A stretch of 64,000 nt of DNA from a virus. Its lineage: Duplodnaviria > Caudoviricetes. Shown here one piece after another: positions 49,054-56,584 of this stretch. How positions within the stretch are numbered: position 1 is the stretch's first letter; every line of letters starts with the position of its first letter. The notes under the pieces were generated by a model. It was not told the origin of the DNA, ran no database searches, and saw only the letters and a program-made list of their open reading frames with translations. Position numbers and translations under genes: made by a program. Where the stretch lies: positions 1 to 64,000 of the IMG/VR virus record IMGVR_UViG_3300021399_000126, one strand, 5' to 3'.

Positions 49054-49176
49054 TTATACAATACCGAAATTAAGAACTCGGTATCCTTTTGCTTTACACC
49101 AATCAAGACCTTCCTGAACAGTTTCGAATACTGCCCAACGGATCTCGTTGTCTACTAAAAAGAATACTCTTCTCAT
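49054..49176 (-). CDS. 40-aa cassette peptide (not in ORF track)
   Basis: MRRVFFLVDNEIRWAVFETVQEGLDWCKAKGYRVLNFGIV. Confidence 0.65.
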   Translation of the reverse strand: MRRVFFLVDNEIRWAVFETVQEGLDWCKAKGYRVLNFGIV

Positions 49177-49195
49177 AACTTCGTACCTCCTTTCT

Positions 49196-49220
49196 ATAAA
49201 AGAGGTATTAAATTTTGCGA
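49196..49220 (-). promoter_or_regulatory. Phage promoter motif (variant)
   Basis: TCGCA-N14-TTTTAT followed by AGAAAGGAGG. Confidence 0.6.
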
Positions 49221-49263
49221 AAAATTAAAGAGGCCATATTTTTAAAAAAGAGAAAGAGGCCTT

Positions 49264-49386
49264 TTAAGCCTCGTCCTCTAATTCTTCAATTAAAAAGCAT
49301 TCAATTCTAAATGCACAAGAGTCACAATCATCACATGGGTGACCTTCTGCTTCACATATCTTGTACATTTCTATTAATTCATCCAT
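49264..49386 (-). CDS. 40-aa Cys-rich acidic cassette peptide (not in ORF track)
   Basis: MDELIEMYKICEAEGHPCDDCDSCAFRIECFLIEELEDEA. Confidence 0.65.
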   Translation of the reverse strand: MDELIEMYKICEAEGHPCDDCDSCAFRIECFLIEELEDEA

Positions 49387-49402
49387 TTTTTATCACCTCC
49401 TT

Positions 49403-49427
49403 ATTACAGAAGGAATATAATCTGCGA
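49403..49427 (-). promoter_or_regulatory. First phage promoter motif of the early region
   Basis: TCGCA-N14-TGTAAT immediately followed by AAGGAGGTG. Confidence 0.7.
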
Positions 49428-49604
49428 CTAAGGATTCGGACCCTAGTTCTTCATACCAAGCAGAAAGGTAGACCTTGGTAGACGTTTTATACCGGATATA
49501 AACTATCGCAAACCTTATAAGTCACCCCTCACACGGAGGTTTTATTTTATCAGGAGAACTCGGCAAGGTTTTAGAGGTATCTTATAAGGGGTTGTGTGAG
49601 GGGT
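49427..49604 (-). ncRNA. Putative structured RNA (pseudoknot, hairpins and T-loop hairpin)
   Basis: Interleaved 11-bp and 9-bp complementary blocks; TACCAAG/CTTGGTA stem; ACTAGGG-TCCGAAT-CCTTAGT. Confidence 0.5.
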
Positions 49605-49676
49605 ATGAAACATGTATAAATTCGTAGCCATTTTGAATTGTTTACGAAATTAGATATAATGTCGTTGGTACAATCT

Positions 49677-49913
49677 TTACTCTTCTGTAGGTTCCTCTAC
49701 AACTACGGGATGGCTGATAAACTCCTTATAGCCCTCAACATTATCCAACTGTGAGTCAAGAATTTTTACCGATGCCGTTGATACATCGGGCGCATTCCAT
49801 AAAATCTTACAAACATCGTGGAATTTTGCCTTTGCACTATCAAGGTTACTCCACTCTGTTATCTGCTCTGTCTGTAAAGCTCCATTTGAAACATAGATTA
49901 CATAATATTTCAT
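49677..49913 (-). CDS. Small tail-associated hypothetical protein
   Basis: 78-aa ORF, last of the late cluster. Confidence 0.7.
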   Translation of the reverse strand: MKYYVIYVSNGALQTEQITEWSNLDSAKAKFHDVCKILWNAPDVSTASVKILDSQLDNVEGYKEFISHPVVVEEPTEE

Positions 49914-49928
49914 TTATTTGTTCCTCCT

Positions 49929-50546
49929 TTAGTTTTCGTGTAGAATAACAATCGTAGCAGTTCTTCCAATAAAGTTAGCATTTTGCGGCAGATTGTCCGA
50001 AGTAATAATTATGCCATTGAGTTGACTTACTATTACTCTGATATTTTCATTATAATAAGCAACGTATGATAGGTTTAAATCAGTAAACCTTGTGGGGACA
50101 CCTTTGTTTTTAACATCATACGGAACATATATGCCAAATCTACTATCACTAATTGATATATATGTTCCGATGTAGGTTCCAGCCGCTCTTCCATCAATTT
50201 TGCTTATCGCCTCAACAATCTCACCATTAATGTTTTCCAGCGCATTCCCTACTGTCTTAATCACATAATTCGTGTTCAGCGTGAATGTTGCTCCGCTTGC
50301 TATATCTGTCTTGGCTCTTACAAGGACTCCGTTTAAGTAGAAATATGTTCCTGCAGGAATTGTCGAACCCGTTGTATTTGTCGTTCCCGTGAGGTCAAGG
50401 TTCGTTAAATCGGCTTTCCTTGCGCATTTATCTTGCACATTCTTTGTCGGGTCTCCGCCAAGATATACCCTATCAGCAGGATAATGCTCTGGCATAACCA
50501 ATAATGGGTAATCTATTCCGTTTTTCTTTAATATTGCTTTTGACAT
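49929..50546 (-). CDS. Tail fibre-associated protein
   Basis: Thr/Gly-rich GTYFYLNG.L.RAKT.IASGATFT..TN module. Confidence 0.6.
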   Translation of the reverse strand: MSKAILKKNGIDYPLLVMPEHYPADRVYLGGDPTKNVQDKCARKADLTNLDLTGTTNTTGSTIPAGTYFYLNGVLVRAKTDIASGATFTLNTNYVIKTVGNALENINGEIVEAISKIDGRAAGTYIGTYISISDSRFGIYVPYDVKNKGVPTRFTDLNLSYVAYYNENIRVIVSQLNGIIITSDNLPQNANFIGRTATIVILHEN

Positions 50547-50551
50547 ATTGC

Positions 50552-52417
50552 TCACCTCTTAGGAATGTATGCTACATTAATCTGTGCCACGTGACAGGAA
50601 TAAGTTACATAATCTTTTCTCGATACGTTGATGCCGTAGATGTAATCAGTTTTTAATTCCGATGCGGTTGGATACTCACCATCTTTTAATATTCTAAATA
50701 CTTTCATACCATTTATTTCAAGGCTAATTCCCGAATAAGAATCATTGCTCAATCTTCCTTTTATAGTTACTATCCCATCTGATGTTGGTTCATAAGTGCC
50801 GCTTACGCTTTCAACTTGAGAAGATGCATAAATATTTGTTGCAGAATAAGTGTGTCCTGCATCAATAATATCAATCTTCTGCTTTACAGTAGTATTACTA
50901 TCATACAAGCACCTATTCGCCGTAGTCTGTAAATCTACTACTGCTTTTTTGTTGCCATAGTAGAGGGTGATTTTTGTACCGTTGGCTGGTTTGGTCGTGG
51001 ATTTATCTGAATAACTTGAACCTGTGGATTCTTCAAATTGTGAATTGCTATCCTCGATGTAATAAGTCCTTATCCTTGCTCCCGCACTTTCAGACAAGCC
51101 TTGAAAGAAGGTAACTGATGTTCCGTAATTCGCACGAAGTACACTGATATTTTTATTCCCATTAGTAAGGATTATTGCAAGATATGCGTTATCTCTTACT
51201 TTAGAAAAATCCATTTCTGTGGCTATTTCATTTAGCAAGGTCGCATAAGTCTTAACCCCATCTGCCGTAACCTCTACATAATCCTCACTTGCAGGCTCTA
51301 TTACACTTCCATCGCCATCGGGTATTAGATATAGTCCGTCCTCGGTTTCAGAAGAATAGTCTGCACTTGCGACAGATTTGATTACTTCGACTATAGTCTT
51401 TTCATTCGTGGGGTCGTCTGATACATGACTATCCGTAAACTGCATCGTTGGTTCTTGTGCTACCGCTGTTCCGCTTGCATCTACAATGATATGATCGTTT
51501 GAACCACGGTCTATACATATCAAATTGTAGTTTCCGCTATATACAAAGGTAGCAATATCTCCAGCTTTTATCACGTCTGCAACTATCTTTGCTCCTTGAT
51601 AATATATGTTCTTTGCACCCTTGTTGTTTATATTAAGAGTTGCATTTGCTGGAACACTATTTGTAAACTTAACAGATACAATTCCATTCGTCACAAGCGA
51701 ATATCCTGATAATGTTGCTACCTTTGCCGTAGTAGCCGCTGCAGTTGAACAGATAGCATATCCAAACCCCAAAGCTTGTGGAGTATAAGTGGTGTTATTA
51801 TCAGCACTCGAACCTGCCCATACCCAATAAGTACCATCGTATACATAGTAGTTGTAATAATTCAACCTACCAAAATATGTTGTATTAGTTCCTGTCGGTG
51901 TTGCCGTATTTCCACCATATATCTGCTTTGCACCTGTATTGTTTACATTCAACTTAACAGGGTTTTCAGTGGTAGCAGAATAGGTATTGTTTGCATCAAA
52001 TTTTACGGCAAGAATTGATCCTACTTTGAGTTCAAAGTTCTGTTCGTTTGATACTGTGACAGCTTTAATCTGATTTGCTTCTTCACCTGTGCAAGTGCCG
52101 TAAAAAATTCCACCACCACTGCCAGTAATTTGTACTACAGTTTTATCGTCTGTGCTGTTATCGGTAACTGTAACACCTGTGCCAGTAAACTGTAAATTGG
52201 TGCGCTGTGTCATATCAGTACCATCGCCGTCTTTTATCGTGTGTCCTCCACTACTTTGCTCAGGAACATCAGTTATTAAATAATGTGTTCCAGCTCTTTC
52301 TTCATCTGTTAATGCTATCCATTCAGCGTAAGTTATTTCAACTGGCTTAGTATCTTTTTTGGAATTTATAGCATTCATTAATGATGTGGCATTATCATTT
52401 GATACAAAATTAGCCAT
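50552..52417 (-). CDS. Tail fibre / receptor-binding protein with internal repeats
   Basis: Duplicated YG.C.T...K.VT...G.I..VKF..N...LN.N..GAK.IY domains; start MANFVS. Confidence 0.65.
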   Translation of the reverse strand: MANFVSNDNATSLMNAINSKKDTKPVEITYAEWIALTDEERAGTHYLITDVPEQSSGGHTIKDGDGTDMTQRTNLQFTGTGVTVTDNSTDDKTVVQITGSGGGIFYGTCTGEEANQIKAVTVSNEQNFELKVGSILAVKFDANNTYSATTENPVKLNVNNTGAKQIYGGNTATPTGTNTTYFGRLNYYNYYVYDGTYWVWAGSSADNNTTYTPQALGFGYAICSTAAATTAKVATLSGYSLVTNGIVSVKFTNSVPANATLNINNKGAKNIYYQGAKIVADVIKAGDIATFVYSGNYNLICIDRGSNDHIIVDASGTAVAQEPTMQFTDSHVSDDPTNEKTIVEVIKSVASADYSSETEDGLYLIPDGDGSVIEPASEDYVEVTADGVKTYATLLNEIATEMDFSKVRDNAYLAIILTNGNKNISVLRANYGTSVTFFQGLSESAGARIRTYYIEDSNSQFEESTGSSYSDKSTTKPANGTKITLYYGNKKAVVDLQTTANRCLYDSNTTVKQKIDIIDAGHTYSATNIYASSQVESVSGTYEPTSDGIVTIKGRLSNDSYSGISLEINGMKVFRILKDGEYPTASELKTDYIYGINVSRKDYVTYSCHVAQINVAYIPKR

Positions 52418-52585
52418 TTTGAATCCTCCTTTATGTGAGTTATTTTTATAAACCATTTATATTAATTAAGAAACACACCGGTAGGGATTCGGACCCTCCT
52501 TAAGACCCATCTGTCACAGTGTTTAGAAGCCACTTCGAGTATGTTATATAAATATTACCATTTGTCTTAATATTCTGATTATAAA

Positions 52586-53383
52586 TTATCGTTTAACCTT
52601 TATGATTTGATAGGGAATTAGAAATTCCATTCCTACCGATTCATTTCTTACCACTGTTATATATTGGGGATTTCCGGATGCATCACCCTTAAGCCCAAAT
52701 GTCACAGAGGTGCATGCAGTGAAATGCACTGTTGCATTTGCACTTCTTGTGAATGTTGCTGTTCTTTGCTCAAAATCTAGACTTCCACTATTTGCACTGC
52801 CACCATAGCTTCCGCCTGTTCGGTTCGCATACACATAATCAATACCTGTATATTCTTCATAACCTGAAGAATAAGGATTATTACTTAATTTAAATATAAT
52901 TTTTACATAATCACAATTAGACAAATCCACCCCTGTTATATCTTTTTCTCCAAATGATGCACTTGTGTCAGGGTTTGTCCAAACGAGAGTTTCCTTTGTA
53001 TAGCTTGGTTTATTCAACAAATCATTGTAAGACCCCGTAAATGCTACTGTCTTAAGGTCAGCAAAGAATTTCTTTATCTTGCCAAAAAGGGTTGAAACTT
53101 TTTCCCCACTCTCGATATTTGTCCTTGTTGAGGCCTGTGTAAATGTAGGCTTTGCAAGTTCGTCAATTGCACCTTGTACTTTAGTTGCAGAGAGTTCACT
53201 AGATGTATTATCATAGTCTAAGTCGTCAGCGTCACTTGGAACATCAGGCTTATTTTTGATATAATCAGGCCTTGTATTATCTGATGCATCCCAATCAGAT
53301 TGTATTTGTGAAAAGCCACCACCTCCACCACCAGCGCCAATTAATTTATTTCCATATGATTCATAAGCTTGTTGAATGCTCAT
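52586..53383 (-). CDS. Tail fibre-like protein
   Basis: QSDW...DYIKNKP, A..VQGAIDEL and VAFTGSYNDL.NKP motifs typical of phage fibres. Confidence 0.65.
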   Translation of the reverse strand: MSIQQAYESYGNKLIGAGGGGGGFSQIQSDWDASDNTRPDYIKNKPDVPSDADDLDYDNTSSELSATKVQGAIDELAKPTFTQASTRTNIESGEKVSTLFGKIKKFFADLKTVAFTGSYNDLLNKPSYTKETLVWTNPDTSASFGEKDITGVDLSNCDYVKIIFKLSNNPYSSGYEEYTGIDYVYANRTGGSYGGSANSGSLDFEQRTATFTRSANATVHFTACTSVTFGLKGDASGNPQYITVVRNESVGMEFLIPYQIIKVKR

Positions 53384-53522
53384 AACTATCCTCCTTTATA
53401 TTTTATATGACTCGTTCATAATTTAGAATCCGGTAATGGGGAGTTGCACCCCATAGTGATACCTAAAATCTTGCATCATACCGGTATACGTCCGTACAAC
53501 TCTTGTACGAGGCTTAAAAATA

Positions 53523-54614
53523 TTAATCAAGTAATCCAATCAAAGTATTAACCTGTGCTGTGGTAAGCTCGTCAGGTTCTGCAGCGTTAATCAATGACTC
53601 CATAGTAACTGATTCTACTTCTGTGGAATCCCAAGGAGCACCAGCTGTATGAGCAGCCGTGAATCTATAAAGACCATTAGCATATATTACAACATCACCA
53701 ATCTCATAAGCATTCTGATCATCAAATACATCAGCAAGCTGAGAAGCAAGTCCTGCAACAGCATTTACTCTAGCAGTAACTTCCTCAGCAAGAAGAGTTT
53801 CAACAGTAACTGCAGCAACCTCTGCAGGATTCCAAGGATCATTAGCAGTATGAGCTGACGTGAATCTGTAAAGCTTATGACCATATACTACAACGTCGCC
53901 AACTGCATAATCTGAAGCAGCACTGAATACGTCAGCAAGACTCTCTGCAAGATTGTCAAGACCACCATCCATGGAAGCTAATCTAGCATATACTGCCTTA
54001 AACAGATCTTCAACAGTTGTAGCAGAAACCTCAGATGCATCCCAAGGATCAGCAGCAGTATGAGCTGAAGTAAATGTATAAAGAGCACCTTCGTATACAG
54101 TAAGATCACCGATAGCATAAGCTGCTGTTGAATCAAATTCAGCTGTGATCATATCAGATACAACCTGAATAGCAGCATAAATACCCTCAACATCAACAAA
54201 CGTTGAAATTACATCATACTGTACAAGAACAGTCTTTTCATAATATGTCTTTCCAGGATCGACAGCAGTATCGGTAGAAAGAACATACTTTCCGCCAACT
54301 AATTCATACCATCTCTCAGTAGAAGGATCTTCTGATCCAGCAGGTGTTACAGCTGCATATGTTGAGTTATCAGCAATTACGATATTTGTTCCTGCTGAGT
54401 AATCTTTACCAGCGCCCTCTATGAATCTAGAGTCAGTTGTGAAATCATCGGTAATGTTGTATACCCAACCAGCCTGAGCTTCAGTAGGGGTAGCAGGAAT
54501 GTTAGCAAACGCGCTATTTCCCTTAATTACATAAGCACCGTTAAGAGTAGCAAATTTCTCAGCAATAGCAGTCATAAGACTTGTGGCGTTAGCATAAGAT
54601 ACAAAATTTCCCAT
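53523..54614 (-). CDS. Structural protein with three CBM5/12-like repeats
   Basis: F....Y.IGD.V.Y...LY.FT.AHTA..PW repeated three times. Confidence 0.7.
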   Translation of the reverse strand: MGNFVSYANATSLMTAIAEKFATLNGAYVIKGNSAFANIPATPTEAQAGWVYNITDDFTTDSRFIEGAGKDYSAGTNIVIADNSTYAAVTPAGSEDPSTERWYELVGGKYVLSTDTAVDPGKTYYEKTVLVQYDVISTFVDVEGIYAAIQVVSDMITAEFDSTAAYAIGDLTVYEGALYTFTSAHTAADPWDASEVSATTVEDLFKAVYARLASMDGGLDNLAESLADVFSAASDYAVGDVVVYGHKLYRFTSAHTANDPWNPAEVAAVTVETLLAEEVTARVNAVAGLASQLADVFDDQNAYEIGDVVIYANGLYRFTAAHTAGAPWDSTEVESVTMESLINAAEPDELTTAQVNTLIGLLD

Positions 54615-54650
54615 AGTTTTTAATCTCCTTTGTTTGAAATATAATATTGT

Positions 54651-55337
54651 TTAAAGTAAAGCAAGTAATGAGTCCATTTGATCACTAGATAAAGGCTCTA
54701 CATCACTAACCTTTACTTCATTCCAAATATAAGTAGCATTTACACTATCGTAAACACATTGGTAAAAGAACCCAGTTTTGTAAGTACTTGTCATTGCGCC
54801 AACATACTGAACAATCTTATTTAAAAATACGATAGCAGGTGTTGGCATAACATCATATTGTGATAATTTCTTTTGTTCAGCCCATTCAATACCATTCCAT
54901 AACCAGAAATTTTCATCTTCGATAGAATAATACATCTTTCTATCTGCGGCTGTAAATATAGCTGGTAATAAAGAACTATTTTGTACTATATCATAGTTAC
55001 CATCTGGTGATCCAATTTCGTTCCATTTAGTATCATCGAATTCTACATCATCATTCGGTGTGATACATCTATAGAAACAACTTGCATAAATGGCAAGATC
55101 ACCATATTCGTAATGATTTCCTGATTCCCATACATAAATAGGTGTACCATCATTGACGATCATCTGGGATTCTCTGGTATCACCAGCATCATTCTTCCAT
55201 TCGAATGTAACTATGTTTCGACCATTTTGATGAACTATTGATTTAATAGTACAAGCAGCACCTTTTAATCCACCAAATTGGACAGCCGTTTCATCTGTGT
55301 ATTTCTTAGATAATACATAAGATTGAGTAGCATTCAT
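54651..55337 (-). CDS. Structural protein with a CBM-like motif
   Basis: WESGNHYEYGDLAIY..CFYRC...FD..KW. Confidence 0.6.
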   Translation of the reverse strand: MNATQSYVLSKKYTDETAVQFGGLKGAACTIKSIVHQNGRNIVTFEWKNDAGDTRESQMIVNDGTPIYVWESGNHYEYGDLAIYASCFYRCITPNDDVEFDDTKWNEIGSPDGNYDIVQNSSLLPAIFTAADRKMYYSIEDENFWLWNGIEWAEQKKLSQYDVMPTPAIVFLNKIVQYVGAMTSTYKTGFFYQCVYDSVNATYIWNEVKVSDVEPLSSDQMDSLLALL

Positions 55338-55596
55338 TTAATACCACCCCCTTACTGCCAACGCCAAGTTCCATCTGATTTAAGAAATGCTGCATCCCCG
55401 TCAGCTGTTAATACAACGGATCCCATTGTTAATTTAACATTTGGCTGCATACCGACGATATCCATATCAGTTTCACCAGTTTCCATATCAACATCAGCAA
55501 CATCGGATCTATCATCAGCAAAGAGGTTAACTTTTTGTACATTACCATAACTGGTTTCGATATTATCTACTCTAACCATTTTGAATTTTAACCTCC

Positions 55597-55902
55597 TTAT
55601 TCCTCAGGTACATCAACATTTTTTGTGATAGCCTCATTCTCATGAGTGGCAAACCATTTTGTAACTGCTTCCATTACCTTATCGATTTGCGGTTCTTGAC
55701 TTAATGTCTGATAATATTTAGCTGTTGACACGCCAATTAACGCACCGATAAATGTACTAATAGCCGGCATGATCATTAATACTTCTGTAGTATAAGGTAT
55801 ATTAAAAGCTGTACCAATAACACCATATAAAGTAGTCAATGCCGGTATAGCTGTAAGAGCAAGCCATTTTAATACATTATAAACTTTATCTGGAATTTTC
55901 AT
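55597..55902 (-). CDS. Holin (Dp-1 type)
   Basis: DKVYNVLKW....IPA...LY...I.TF.GALIGVST..Y. Confidence 0.8.
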   Translation of the reverse strand: MKIPDKVYNVLKWLALTAIPALTTLYGVIGTAFNIPYTTEVLMIMPAISTFIGALIGVSTAKYYQTLSQEPQIDKVMEAVTKWFATHENEAITKNVDVPEE

Positions 55903-55923
55903 AAAATCGAGAATCCTCCTTTC

Positions 55924-56235
55924 CTAATGTACAAAATTTGAGATTGCTGAGATAATCATGCTCGCAGCAGCGGTTATAAAAGCTGATATGACTATCCATG
56001 TAGCTTTATTCCACTTTTCTTTAGGCTGATCATCTAATTTTCTAACAGTCTCAGATAATTCATTTATGTTTTCTTCTATTGCATTTTGTTTCTGAGCTAT
56101 TAATTGGGTAGTTGTGTTAAGTTCACGAATCTGCTCAATTATCTGCTCGGCCTTGTCCATTCTTTTGCTTAAAGATTCTATGGCATTGTGGCATTCACTA
56201 AGCTGGACAGCAATGTCAGTTTCCGATAATGGCAT
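55924..56235 (-). CDS. XhlA-like coiled-coil plus TM lysis accessory protein
   Basis: Coiled coil, P..KW motif and C-terminal TM; within the lysis module. Confidence 0.6.
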   Translation of the reverse strand: MPLSETDIAVQLSECHNAIESLSKRMDKAEQIIEQIRELNTTTQLIAQKQNAIEENINELSETVRKLDDQPKEKWNKATWIVISAFITAAASMIISAISNFVH

Positions 56236-56255
56236 AATTATCTACCTCACTTACT

Positions 56256-56498
56256 TTAGAATATATGGAACAAAACCAATGCTACGGTGATTAACACAGT
56301 TGTCCCAATACCTATACCTAATAGGTGTGATACTAAGAACTTTCGTTCTTTTACAAATTTGTCATTGATGTTAACTAGGCTAGCAGAGATGTTGCTTATC
56401 TGCTCGCCTATAACATCTTGTTGACGCTCGACTTGACACATTCTTTGGCTTAGATCTGTTACTTTCATTTGAATATCGTCTAATTTTGAGTTAGCCAT
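56256..56498 (-). CDS. Second XhlA-like coiled-coil plus TM protein
   Basis: Coiled coil followed by a C-terminal TM. Confidence 0.5.
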   Translation of the reverse strand: MANSKLDDIQMKVTDLSQRMCQVERQQDVIGEQISNISASLVNINDKFVKERKFLVSHLLGIGIGTTVLITVALVLFHIF

Positions 56499-56584
56499 AG
56501 TAACATCACCTCCATTCTAAAATATAATTTAAAATGAAACCAAATGGTGATTTACTCCTTCAAGAGATCTTAAAGAATGTGCCT

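Noticed and set aside
46395-49427. CRISPR array interpretation of the repeated motif
   Set aside because: Repeats are degenerate and separated by 200-500-bp units containing ORFs with RBSs, not 30-40-nt spacers; no cas operon
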